From: a virus
DNA: 41,669 bases
Virus record (IMG/VR): IMGVR_UViG_3300025119_000002
Reading direction: 5' to 3' (one strand)
A model generated the notes under the pieces. It had not been told where the DNA came from. It ran no database searches and saw only the letters and a program-made list of their open reading frames with translations. The position numbers and the translations under genes are program-made. Position 1 is the first letter of the stretch, and every line of letters begins with the position of its first letter. This document shows positions 1 to 8,640 of the stretch, piece after piece.

Positions 1-99
1 GATTCGCCTTACTGGAATCCCGACTGGACGGACCCGCGCCGCGCACCCGGAGGCGACTGGCGGCTACAGCGGCGACTCAATGAGGGCTTCCGGGCGCTC
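1..99. repeat. Terminal overlap, copy 1 (identical to 41571-41669)
   Basis: Base-by-base comparison of both contig ends. 99 nt is a common assembler k-mer length, which fits a circular-assembly overlap. Confidence 0.9.
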
Positions 100-192
100 G
101 CTTGCGGGGATGATGAGGACCTGTCTGACCGGACCCCGGAGGATAAGATTGCCGGGGGATTGCTGCCTGCGGATTGGGGGGATGAGCCGTGA
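1..192 (+). CDS. 3' part of a 65-aa hypothetical ORF that starts at 41565 and crosses the circular junction
   Basis: Frame 1 is open from base 1 to TGA at 190-192. It continues the ATG at 41565. Its stop overlaps the GTG start of the next gene (GTGA). Confidence 0.5.
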   Translation, partial: DSPYWNPDWTDPRRAPGGDWRLQRRLNEGFRALACGDDEDLSDRTPEDKIAGGLLPADWGDEP

Positions 193-794
193 AGAGCCTC
201 CGTGTTGAATTGCGCTTCAAAAACGCCGTGCTCTGGCAGGCCCTGTGGGATCGCTTCGGGAAGACGGCAAAGCTACTGCACGAAGGGTGCCCTGGGATGG
301 TATCACCGATCCCGGTTGCCGCGCAAGTCATAGGCATCTCCGCTGGGACTTTGCGCGAGCTGCTTCGCATGAGTATCTCCTCTTACAGGATTGACAATGG
401 GTACCCTACGCCACGCGCTTCCCGTATCGCTGATTTTTTTGATATGCCAGTTGCGGAATTATTCCCACTTGAACTCTACTCGCAGCGCTGGCCGAAACTC
501 TGCGCTTACCATGTCGATGCCGAGATGTTCTTGCCGCTCGAAGCGGCTCGGAATCTGACAGTGCCGCCGCCAGATGAACTGATTGATACCCAGTTGTGTA
601 TCGACAAAGCACTCCTTCGATTGTCCCCACGAGAGGAGAAAGTGATCCGCCAGCGCTTTGGTCTTGATGGTGAGGAGAAAACGCTTGAGGAACTCGGTCG
701 TGATCTAAATGTCACGCGCGAGCGTGTGCGGATGATCGAGGCGCGCGGATTAAGGCACTTGCGGAAACATAAGGCGCTTCTCGCTCTGAGGTGA
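189..794 (+). CDS. XRE-type HTH fused to a sigma-70 region 3.2/4-like domain (no region 2)
   Basis: The C-terminus [50 protein letters not shown] is a near-textbook RpoD region 4.2. The N-terminal [17 protein letters not shown]...[14 protein letters not shown] looks like a Cro/C1 HTH. GTG start preceded by a GGGGGGA run. Confidence 0.75.
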   Translation: MKSLRVELRFKNAVLWQALWDRFGKTAKLLHEGCPGMVSPIPVAAQVIGISAGTLRELLRMSISSYRIDNGYPTPRASRIADFFDMPVAELFPLELYSQRWPKLCAYHVDAEMFLPLEAARNLTVPPPDELIDTQLCIDKALLRLSPREEKVIRQRFGLDGEEKTLEELGRDLNVTRERVRMIEARGLRHLRKHKALLALR

Positions 795-800
795 GAAAAC

Positions 801-1226
801 ATGACTGCCCTGGAATCCCTCGCCGAGCGTTATCGCTTGAAGATCCGCCGCGACGAATGCGGCGATCCGATCATACCGGGACGCCGGGGCCTCCTGTACT
901 TCGATGCCGGCAGGCTATGCCTGATGATGCTGAATGCCCGGCCCGTGCAACCCCGGCGTTTACGGGAACTGGTAGGCGACGGGACTTTCTGGCAAGGCGA
1001 CATCTCACGGACCCCGGAGGGGCGCAGAGCGCAGGACATTCAGGCTTGGGGGGTGCCTCCAAAGGCCGCGATCAAGTTGGCAGGAGTCAAGCGTCGGCGG
1101 GTGCTGTCCGAGAGCCAGACGGCGGCCAATACCGCCCGCCTGGCGGCGTCCAGGCAGGCTGGTAGAATCGCCGGGGTCTCGTCTAGCGCGCAACGCCACG
1201 CGCTAGAAACGCACGGGGGCGCCTAA
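801..1226 (+). CDS. Hypothetical protein
   Basis: 141-aa ORF with an ATG 6 nt after the previous stop and a protein-like composition. The overlapping 791..1165 frame is R/P/G-rich junk. Confidence 0.6.
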   Translation: MTALESLAERYRLKIRRDECGDPIIPGRRGLLYFDAGRLCLMMLNARPVQPRRLRELVGDGTFWQGDISRTPEGRRAQDIQAWGVPPKAAIKLAGVKRRRVLSESQTAANTARLAASRQAGRIAGVSSSAQRHALETHGGA

Positions 1227-1229
1227 GCT

Positions 1230-1586
1230 ATGCTCCAGCCTGTCTCAGGGTCAGGGAACGCGCCACAGGGCCGAAATGGGCGCACCACGACCGCCAAGGG
1301 CTATGTCCGGCTCAAGGCCGGCCCCTTCCGCGACCACTACGAGCATCGGATCATTATGTGGGTTTCATTACAAATCTACTGCCCTGAATGGCTGGTGCCT
1401 CGACTGAATGGCGACGGTCTCCCCTCGGGGTTTCACGTCCATCACATCGACGGCCGGCGGGCGCACAATTGCCCGCAGAACCTCATGCTGCTCGATGCAA
1501 CGATCCACGACTACCTGACGCTGGAGGGGATCAGGCGGCGACGGCTGGCGCGACAACTGGAGACCCTGAGATGCCTGACGAATTAA
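1230..1586 (+). CDS. HNH endonuclease
   Basis: HVHHIDGRRAHNCPQNLMLLDATIH carries the H-N-H spacing. It is the last gene of the rightward arm. Confidence 0.85.
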   Translation: MLQPVSGSGNAPQGRNGRTTTAKGYVRLKAGPFRDHYEHRIIMWVSLQIYCPEWLVPRLNGDGLPSGFHVHHIDGRRAHNCPQNLMLLDATIHDYLTLEGIRRRRLARQLETLRCLTN

Positions 1587-1694
1587 GCGTTCTCTCGATT
1601 CTCCATATCCGTAGCAACAATTCCCGTTCTCCGTGCTCTGTGCTGTACAGCGCTGTTGGTAGGCGGGCGTAGCTGGCCAGAAGCAGAGAAACCT

Positions 1695-1928
1695 TCAGTA
1701 CGCCGCATCAACACATTTTGCTGGTGGGATGCCGATGGGGGTGATCTTCGGCAAAACGCAGAGCGGTATGGCGTGCTTGTTCGGCAGCAGGGCCTCTCCC
1801 AGCCATGAGGACCATCCACGGGCATATTTTGTATTTGCACCGTCCGTGATGGTGATTCTCTGATTGGGCATAGGCGCGTTGATGTTGTACCAGACAACCC
1901 GCGCCTTCTTCGTTTGCATCCGAGCCAT
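1695..1928 (-). CDS. Small hypothetical protein directly downstream of the distal tail gene
   Basis: 77-aa ORF whose ATG abuts the stop of 1929..3455. Third-position G+C is high. Confidence 0.45.
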   Translation of the reverse strand: MARMQTKKARVVWYNINAPMPNQRITITDGANTKYARGWSSWLGEALLPNKHAIPLCVLPKITPIGIPPAKCVDAAY

Positions 1929-3455
1929 TTATGGCACCGTAAGCAGGATCCCTCCGGCGAGGCCGTTGATTCCTACACTTGTACCAGTGTTGTTGTGAGT
2001 GTAATTCAGCCAATTGCGACCGTCATACATGGGGATGGTCGGCGAAGTCAGATCCATGGTGAGCGTGTCGCTATAAGCTTGTGCCCCGAAAAATTGCCCG
2101 ACGATTTTAGCCATCGCCGCCTCACCCGTCAGACCCCAGCCGAGGAGCGGCTCTGACAGCGTGCCGTCTTCATTGCTAAATAACGCTCGGTCGTGGTCCC
2201 CGCTTGCTCTCACTATCGCTGAAGTCGGAAGATAGATGCGTCCTGCCCCGAATGGGCTGGCAATGCCTGTCTGCCGGAAGTAGTTCTGATTCCAACAGAA
2301 GAATGCGTTGGCGCCGGTGCCATGTAGTCGATTCCGCAAATTCACGGAGCTTGTTGTACCCTCTATACCATCCGCTATCATATAAAAAGCCTGCGCCGTC
2401 TCACCTAGATTGATATTTCCGACGATCGCGCTGCCGTCATAAATTGGATCAGACGTTGAGTTCTTGTCCAGACTGTACCTGTTGTCATCAATCTTTGTGA
2501 TCGTGCTCAAGCCGCGAACACTCGGCATGTTGCCGCCAACAAGATAGACCTGCTGCGCAGTCAGATATCCGTGCGCGGGCTGAGTAACCACGGCGTTGAC
2601 CGCGTTGCTGATGTCCGCAATTGGTTTCGGAGAAGTTGGCGGATTGATGTACAGTGTTCCTGTTTGAAATGCATTCCCACGTTGGCTGACACTATCGTTC
2701 CCGAGAACGAATGGCCACAGCTGATGAGGGTTAGCGATGACCTTCACTTGCTTGCCGCACAGAGTGACAATCCGCGCGCCTATATCCATGAAAATCGTGT
2801 CATCATCGACGGCATAAGGCTGGAAATCAACAGCGCCATTGCCATAGCCGAAATCCCCAGGACCATAGAAGCCCAAGCCATTCCGGCCCGGATCGCTGAC
2901 TAGCAGGCGGTACTGCATGCCTTGACTGGTTTTGACCGACTTGTACATAGTTGCTCCACGCAGCCGGCCAACCGTAGCGGGATTTGATTGAGACCAGACG
3001 ACAGCCAGAGGAGTTGCTGTTCTTGTAACGGTGATCTTGTTGCTCGGGTCCGAAATAACAGCCGTAACCAAGGAGCTGGTGCTATTGATGGCGTTGACCA
3101 GTTGAGTCATATATTGAACTGGTATCCAAGGAGGAGGCACCCCGACGATCACTTCCACAACGTCTGGATCAACAGGGGGAGGCACGCTTGCTGTCTCCTT
3201 GAAAATATAACGTTTGAAAGCTGTGCCCACCGTGTCGCTAAAAGTAGAAGTGCCGCAATCATAAAGCCTATGGTGAATATTGATGGAGTCGTCACTCAGC
3301 ATAGAATTCGGCATTGTCCAAACGGCGCTAGTCGGGAAGTTAGTCTTCGTCCATCCCAGGGAAAGCAGGAGTCCGTCAATAGCGCTTAGGAACTCCTGCA
3401 CCCGATCACAAGCGAGTTCCACATATACCTGCGGGTCCTTATAGACTAACCCCAT
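1929..3455 (-). CDS. Distal tail protein, fibre/receptor-binding-like (function inferred from position only)
   Basis: Large ORF at the end of the tail block. I prefer the ATG at 3455 (AGGTGA SD 4 nt upstream) over the TTG at 3473 used by the ORF track. Confidence 0.55.
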   Translation of the reverse strand: MGLVYKDPQVYVELACDRVQEFLSAIDGLLLSLGWTKTNFPTSAVWTMPNSMLSDDSINIHHRLYDCGTSTFSDTVGTAFKRYIFKETASVPPPVDPDVVEVIVGVPPPWIPVQYMTQLVNAINSTSSLVTAVISDPSNKITVTRTATPLAVVWSQSNPATVGRLRGATMYKSVKTSQGMQYRLLVSDPGRNGLGFYGPGDFGYGNGAVDFQPYAVDDDTIFMDIGARIVTLCGKQVKVIANPHQLWPFVLGNDSVSQRGNAFQTGTLYINPPTSPKPIADISNAVNAVVTQPAHGYLTAQQVYLVGGNMPSVRGLSTITKIDDNRYSLDKNSTSDPIYDGSAIVGNINLGETAQAFYMIADGIEGTTSSVNLRNRLHGTGANAFFCWNQNYFRQTGIASPFGAGRIYLPTSAIVRASGDHDRALFSNEDGTLSEPLLGWGLTGEAAMAKIVGQFFGAQAYSDTLTMDLTSPTIPMYDGRNWLNYTHNNTGTSVGINGLAGGILLTVP

Positions 3456-3459
3456 TGGC

Positions 3460-3996
3460 TCACCTTTCCGCAATCAACCGGAACGTGATAAAGACAGTCA
3501 CGTGCTGCCCGGAGAATACCGATCCGACTTTCAGCACCCGGCCGGTAATGATGTCGCCCTCCACTGCTTGCAATGGAGATTGCGCGAACGTCGAGAACGT
3601 CACCACGCTGCCCGTGCCATTCGGGATGACAAGTTTCTCAGATCCGAAGATGGATGCGCCGTTGAGAAAAAAATCAAACTCCATCTCACTGCCGATGGGC
3701 GGCTCGGTCGCAATTGCGAATACCGCAATGGCTTGGCCTGCGGCTTGCCATGTCCAGATATCCTTGTAATCAAGTTCCTGCGGGACTGTCGGGGGATCGT
3801 CAATGCAGATGTTGAATGCGATGCGAACTTCGCCGGCGGCTGCCTGCTTCTTCGCCAAGCAATTAAAAAACATGATCCAGGGCCAGGTCAACTTGCCGAC
3901 TTCGCCGTTTGCATTCGGTTCGGCTACGGACGCCCCCGTGAGCAAAGGCGTGGTGATGGGCACCACGCACTTGGTAGGCACGTTCACATCAGCCAT
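3460..3996 (-). CDS. Virion/tail-associated hypothetical protein
   Basis: 178-aa ORF packed between tail genes. Its ATG abuts the stop of the upstream gene. Confidence 0.6.
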   Translation of the reverse strand: MADVNVPTKCVVPITTPLLTGASVAEPNANGEVGKLTWPWIMFFNCLAKKQAAAGEVRIAFNICIDDPPTVPQELDYKDIWTWQAAGQAIAVFAIATEPPIGSEMEFDFFLNGASIFGSEKLVIPNGTGSVVTFSTFAQSPLQAVEGDIITGRVLKVGSVFSGQHVTVFITFRLIAER

Positions 3997-5487
3997 CTAC
4001 GGCTCCGTTCCGCCAACCACGTTCAGGTAGGCATTGATAAAGCGCACGGCCCCAGTCTCGATGAGTGTCACACGGTAAACTCGATCCCTTGAGCGTCCAA
4101 GCTGATTCCATTTGTAGCGGCTCGGACTCTCTCCGCTCGGATTGATCGTGTAAGGACCCTGCGTGAAGGTCCGCCCACCGTCATTCGAGTACTCCAAGGT
4201 CATAGGAGCTGTGGTCGGTTCAACCGACAGGGCCAGAGAAGCATGCTTGATCCAGCGGTCGCCGTCTGAAATATGCGGCGCCGTCCGCCGGTACATCCGT
4301 GGGTCAGTATCATCCCGCGTCCACTTGAGACCAAGCTGGTAGATAATGCCGCTGTTCCAGGCCCCGGCGAAAGTAATGGGAGTGGCGCTGCCGCCCCCGA
4401 AGTTAGCCAGGGTCGCCACGCAATGATACAGTGGGCGTTCGAGAGTTACGCCATCGGCTTTCAAGTGATACCGCTCATGCCACATCCCGGTGGTCAGATC
4501 ATAAACGAGCGCCGAACCGTTGGGGTTGCCTGCCGTGGCAGGAAAGGTAAGCATGTAAAACAAATGCCCTTCCTCTTCATAGGTCAGGGCCGTAACCTGT
4601 GTGAGACCCGCTGATCCCAGTTGGTAGCTGGCAATCAAGTCCTCGATTGCCGGCGGGCTGATACGCACCGGGAGCAGGCCATCATTTCGGTACACGGCTC
4701 CGAAACCGCGCTCGCTGGCGGCCAGCCATATGATGATGTTGCCGACCTTCTGGATCGAATACTGCGCGAGCACGCCCATATTCATCGTGGAGCCAGGAAT
4801 GCGTTCAAACGGAAATGGCGAGCCGCCTACATTGTGCCAGACCTCAAGATTCTTTGAAGAGAAGATCCAGAGTTGCCCATTCACCTGCACGATGTTCATG
4901 CCCAGATCAGGAGTACCGCTCCGGTCGGCAAATGCCAGTGCCGGCCACGTCGATAAATCCAGTTGCGCGGAAACGCGCAGACGGTTCTGTTCGGTCCCTG
5001 GCGATCCCAAGGCAACATAAAAGCTGTCCAGAAACTCCAAGGCCCAGGCTTCAAAGAGAACCTGCGTGATTCCAGTCCCGCTAAGTCCAGTCCCGATTTT
5101 GAAAATGGCGGGGACGCTTGAATCCATCAAGCCGAGTTCCGCGTTGGAACTATTTGTGCCTCCAGCAAAAAACTGCACCGGGCTGATTCCGTCACTACCC
5201 GGAATAACGCCGTAATCCGTGATAACCGCGCCGGCAGCACTGACTTCGTAGACGTGTTTACCTCCTACGGCGAATAAGCGACCGACGCCGGGCCAGAGAG
5301 AGCGCACCGGGCTCTCCGGGAGTGTCATCCAGTGGATAACTCCGGGCGCTTGGATCAGGGCAAACTTGCTTTTTGATGTTGGACTGCCAGCCTCGGGATA
5401 GAGATTGATGGCTCTGGAGGCGTCTAGAATCTTGGAGGCCGCCTGGTAGGTCGGTCCACAGAATCCGAACTCCGGAACAGTCGGCAC
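3997..5487 (-). CDS. Putative tail hub/nozzle protein (P22 gp10-like or tail-tubular-B-like)
   Basis: 496 aa with a GTG start and a GGAG 9 nt upstream. The N-terminus (GPTYQAASKILDASRAINLYPE...APGV) resembles podovirus tail-hub proteins from memory. It lies downstream of the adaptor genes. Confidence 0.5.
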   Translation of the reverse strand: MPTVPEFGFCGPTYQAASKILDASRAINLYPEAGSPTSKSKFALIQAPGVIHWMTLPESPVRSLWPGVGRLFAVGGKHVYEVSAAGAVITDYGVIPGSDGISPVQFFAGGTNSSNAELGLMDSSVPAIFKIGTGLSGTGITQVLFEAWALEFLDSFYVALGSPGTEQNRLRVSAQLDLSTWPALAFADRSGTPDLGMNIVQVNGQLWIFSSKNLEVWHNVGGSPFPFERIPGSTMNMGVLAQYSIQKVGNIIIWLAASERGFGAVYRNDGLLPVRISPPAIEDLIASYQLGSAGLTQVTALTYEEEGHLFYMLTFPATAGNPNGSALVYDLTTGMWHERYHLKADGVTLERPLYHCVATLANFGGGSATPITFAGAWNSGIIYQLGLKWTRDDTDPRMYRRTAPHISDGDRWIKHASLALSVEPTTAPMTLEYSNDGGRTFTQGPYTINPSGESPSRYKWNQLGRSRDRVYRVTLIETGAVRFINAYLNVVGGTEP

Positions 5488-5490
5488 ACT

Positions 5491-6219
5491 CTACGACTCC
5501 TCACTAAACTCTACATCAATCGTCAAAACCGTGCCGGCAGGAACGGCTGCCCCGTTCCAGTTAAGAGCCAAGGCCTGAGCGACGCCCCGAAGAACCACAG
5601 CCCGGCTGTTGCGGGTGCCGAAGTCGAAGACAATCTCTCCGGCCGCGCCCGCCGCACCGAGATTGAGAGTCTTGGCTCGCACCAACCCTATGCTTGTCCC
5701 GAGTCCAGTAGGGTTCACGCTGTAGGTGCTGACCACTGCCGTGGCCGCCGCATCGTTGGAATCATGCGGCGCGATCGTTAGGGTAGACGTAGTCCCGCCG
5801 GTGTTCGCACTGCTCCGTTTGATGAGTTGAATGCCGATGCTGGCGGCGGCGGTGGCAATGCCGGTGACAGTCACACGGAGGACACGGACAGTCTTGCTAG
5901 CCGAACCGATAATCGTCCAGAAATCTGTCGGGGTCGCAACAGGCGTGAATCCTATTGTACCTGCCGAAAACGTAGGCTTGGTGCCTTCGGTATTGACGAC
6001 CGGAACTCCGGTGGTACCTGCTGCCGCCCGCGCTAGATCGTAGGTGCCCGCCGGGTTGAGGACAAGGCCAACAGACTGAACCAGCCCGGCATAGAGACCA
6101 GCGAGGGTCCGCGCATCAATCGCAGTCAGCGCACTCGCATAGGCGGCAGCCGATGCCGGGTCCCCCCAAAGAATGATTTGCCGCTCGTTAGCGCCTACTA
6201 GTTTGCTGTCAATGGGCAT
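5491..6219 (-). CDS. Tail-associated structural protein (beta-rich)
   Basis: 242-aa ORF within the tail block with tight spacing to its neighbours. Confidence 0.6.
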   Translation of the reverse strand: MPIDSKLVGANERQIILWGDPASAAAYASALTAIDARTLAGLYAGLVQSVGLVLNPAGTYDLARAAAGTTGVPVVNTEGTKPTFSAGTIGFTPVATPTDFWTIIGSASKTVRVLRVTVTGIATAAASIGIQLIKRSSANTGGTTSTLTIAPHDSNDAAATAVVSTYSVNPTGLGTSIGLVRAKTLNLGAAGAAGEIVFDFGTRNSRAVVLRGVAQALALNWNGAAVPAGTVLTIDVEFSEES

Positions 6220-6221
6220 GT

Positions 6222-6974
6222 CTATCCCGCCATCCTCAGATTTCCGCTCCGATAGTTGAAGTAGCTCGAATCACTGACCGCCCCAAGTCCTCCGGGCGCA
6301 TCCGAGTACAGCTTCTTTGTTGGCGAGTTATGCGCCTTGAGAATTGCTTTCAGTTCCCGTGATCGCGCCACTACCATATCGAGCCGCCCCTGTCGCATCT
6401 TGTCAGGGATCATAGGAGCCAGGGCCACGGCCAGATTGTGACGGATCGCATCATCGTAGCCGTCCGGAAACGTGTAATTCGTCGTAGCGATATCGGCGAA
6501 GCGATCCAGTTGCGCCCAGGAGAACAATTCGAGTTGATAGGCGAGCAACGGCGCCGGCCACAGGTTGATCGTCCCGTTCGGCAGAGTCGGGTCGTAGTAG
6601 AGCTTGAGGGGCAGGCTGTTGGTGATCGCCCGCACGCGGATGGCCGCCCATTCGCTCGAATCGCGCAGAATCTCGAGCGGCAAGCGCACGGCCGGCGTTG
6701 TCTGCTGTAATATCAAGTTTGCATCCTTGATGTAGGTCGGGCGCGGAGCATTGAACGTGGCGCCAGATCCGATTGTATAGGCTTGCACGTTGACGCTGAG
6801 AGTGAAGATATCGGCGCGAATGGCGAACACCAGCAACGATTCATTGCGCCAAGTGCCGATCATGTCGTTCAGAGCGTCCAACCCGTCAGATTCGAGATCC
6901 GCTGGCAGGCTCATGCCTTGACGGGCGTAGCCGAGTAACCGACAGGCGCGGTAAATCACTTGACGGGCCGTCAT
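6222..6974 (-). CDS. Head-to-tail adaptor/tail-tubular-A-like protein, paralog 2
   Basis: Shares a motif series with 6971..7642 (LG...L..ALN.M...W..E; YTIG; RP..I; EW.AI; FAD; LAP). 4-nt overlap with the upstream gene. Confidence 0.6.
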   Translation of the reverse strand: MTARQVIYRACRLLGYARQGMSLPADLESDGLDALNDMIGTWRNESLLVFAIRADIFTLSVNVQAYTIGSGATFNAPRPTYIKDANLILQQTTPAVRLPLEILRDSSEWAAIRVRAITNSLPLKLYYDPTLPNGTINLWPAPLLAYQLELFSWAQLDRFADIATTNYTFPDGYDDAIRHNLAVALAPMIPDKMRQGRLDMVVARSRELKAILKAHNSPTKKLYSDAPGGLGAVSDSSYFNYRSGNLRMAG

Positions 6975-7642
6975 GCCGCCACCGTCGCTGCACGCGATAC
7001 CAGTCCAGAGTGCTCCGAGTTTAGATCGTAGAGAGTTGCCAGCGCCATCGCTAACTGCTCTTTAGATTCCGGAGAGAAGGCAACGCTGTACTCCGGCGCC
7101 AGCATGCGCGCCAGTTCTAATCGCAGGGCCAGTTCATGTCCAGGCAGGAGCGTGAGAGAAGTTGTAGCATCGGCGAACTGCGCTAGAGCGATCCAGTTGG
7201 CAATCTCGATGGTGCCTCCCAGGGGCTTTGGGGCCACGTAGACTTTGCCGGTAGGATTCCCCCGGTCATAAAACAGGAACGCCACTTTGTAGCTGCTGCC
7301 CTCTCGATCCGGAATCGCCTCCCACTCAGCCACGTTTTGAAGCACTTGCACGGGGCTGCTCGGGCCGGCCGCTAGCAACAGTGTCGCCGCGTTGATCCTC
7401 ACTGGTCTGGCTATGTTGATGGTTTGCGCTGGTCCGATGGTGTAGTTATTGGTCCCCGAGACCAAGGGGAAAGTGGTCAGCAGTTCTGAGATCACCATCT
7501 TGCCCTCGCTTGACCAATTGTCCAGAATTTCGTTCGCCGCAATCAAGGCATCGGCGAGTTGGGCTGCCGACAGTGACCCGCCGGAATCCATGATTCCCAA
7601 AGTACGGGCAGCGGCATTGGCGATGGTGGTTAGCGATGGCAT
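6971..7642 (-). CDS. Head-to-tail adaptor/tail-tubular-A-like protein, paralog 1
   Basis: Hand alignment shows it is a paralog of 6222..6974. It lies between the head and tail blocks. Confidence 0.6.
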   Translation of the reverse strand: MPSLTTIANAAARTLGIMDSGGSLSAAQLADALIAANEILDNWSSEGKMVISELLTTFPLVSGTNNYTIGPAQTINIARPVRINAATLLLAAGPSSPVQVLQNVAEWEAIPDREGSSYKVAFLFYDRGNPTGKVYVAPKPLGGTIEIANWIALAQFADATTSLTLLPGHELALRLELARMLAPEYSVAFSPESKEQLAMALATLYDLNSEHSGLVSRAATVAA

Positions 7643-7795
7643 TCAGCGTTTGTCTTTCTTATTGCGCTTCAGCGGCTTCGGTTCTGGCTGTGGCGCCGCT
7701 TTCTTATGCGCCTCCTCCTCCAAGCGGTTCTGGACAATGCGCCTTTGGCCGTTTCGATCCGTGATCCACTTCGGATACTCCTGAAAATCGGCCAT
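7643..7795 (-). CDS. Small basic hypothetical protein (50 aa, below the ORF-track cutoff)
   Basis: ATG at 7795 to TGA at 7643-7645, which abuts the next start codon. Translation: MADFQEYPKWITDRNGQRRIVQNRLEEEAHKKAAPQPEPKPLKRNKKDKR. Confidence 0.35.
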   Translation of the reverse strand: MADFQEYPKWITDRNGQRRIVQNRLEEEAHKKAAPQPEPKPLKRNKKDKR

Positions 7796-7816
7796 GTTAT
7801 CACTTACGGGGCTAGG

Positions 7817-7849
7817 CCGCCGACCCGGTATCCCGACCGGGGCCGGCGG
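7817..7849 (-). terminator. GC-rich interrupted hairpin after the coat-proximal genes (attenuator candidate, no U-tract)
   Basis: CCGCCG-a-CCCGG-8 nt-CCGGG-gc-CGGCGG in the 68-nt gap between 7864..8634 and 7643..7795. Confidence 0.3.
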
Positions 7850-7863
7850 TCCCGCCCCTTCGT

Positions 7864-8634
7864 CTAGTGGACGACGGTACCGAGGCTATAAGCCGTGTAC
7901 GCCTCGTTTCCTGAGTCCACCCGAGTCAAGCGCACCAGGAAGGTCTTGCTGTTGTTCTGGGCGATGGTCATGGTTCCGCTGTCGGTGCCTCCCGTACCAG
8001 ATGCCACCGTGATCGTCTCGGCGGCATCCGCTGTATTCCGAATCGTGAATGTGAAACTCGATCCGACAGTGGCCCCCGGCATAGCTGCTACAAGCAGCGC
8101 CGCCGTGGGCAAGGTATCGGTGCGCGCCCCTCCAGCCGGGTCACGGAGAATCAATCCGCTTAGAATCTGCCCAGCCGTCAGGGTCAGATTACCGGCCGTA
8201 GCCAGCGTAACCGGGAAGGTACTCGGGTAGAAGAGACTGGCGCTGTACTCCGAGCTGTAGCGGAATCCGCATTGGCCGAAACCGACGGCCCCTCCGCACG
8301 CGGCGAAGTTTTCATTAGGAGCCACCACTACAGGCATACCGTTGCCATGATTGGTAGCCCGTGTCCCGAATGCCCCCCGAATGATCCCGATGGTAGTACC
8401 GCTCACCGTGCGTACCCGGAGGAGCTCCCGCCCGATCTGAGCGACGGTCGTATTGGCCGTGAAGCCGGTGGCCGAAGCCACGCTCATCGACGTGTCGTCA
8501 GAATCGATGGCCGCTGACAGCGTGGTGACCGTGAAAGTGGGCTGCCCATAGGCCAAACCAGCCAAGAGCAGCAGGAGAATACCTTGCAATGTTGCCAGTT
8601 TCAGTTTTCTCATGGTCGTTTTCTCTTTCAGCAT
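7864..8634 (-). CDS. Predicted secreted beta-rich protein directly downstream of the coat gene
   Basis: The N-terminus MRKLKLATLQGILLLLLAGLAYG/QP is a classic Sec signal (basic n-region, hydrophobic core, A-x-G cleavage site). The start may be the internal ATG at 8613. Confidence 0.65.
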   Translation of the reverse strand: MLKEKTTMRKLKLATLQGILLLLLAGLAYGQPTFTVTTLSAAIDSDDTSMSVASATGFTANTTVAQIGRELLRVRTVSGTTIGIIRGAFGTRATNHGNGMPVVVAPNENFAACGGAVGFGQCGFRYSSEYSASLFYPSTFPVTLATAGNLTLTAGQILSGLILRDPAGGARTDTLPTAALLVAAMPGATVGSSFTFTIRNTADAAETITVASGTGGTDSGTMTIAQNNSKTFLVRLTRVDSGNEAYTAYSLGTVVH

Positions 8635-8640
8635 CCCCCG

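Noticed and set aside
1-99. The 99-nt terminal repeat as a genuine phage direct terminal repeat
   Set aside because: The exact 99-nt length matches a common assembly k-mer. An ORF is continuous across the junction, and a P22-like head module usually packages by a headful mechanism. It remains testable with read-start analysis.
1642-1651. GCTGTACAGC palindrome in the convergent gap between the two arms, as a bidirectional terminator
   Set aside because: It has no loop and no flanking U/A tracts. The longer alternative pairing (GCGGGCGTA...TACGCCGC) has a 27-nt loop and runs into coding sequence.
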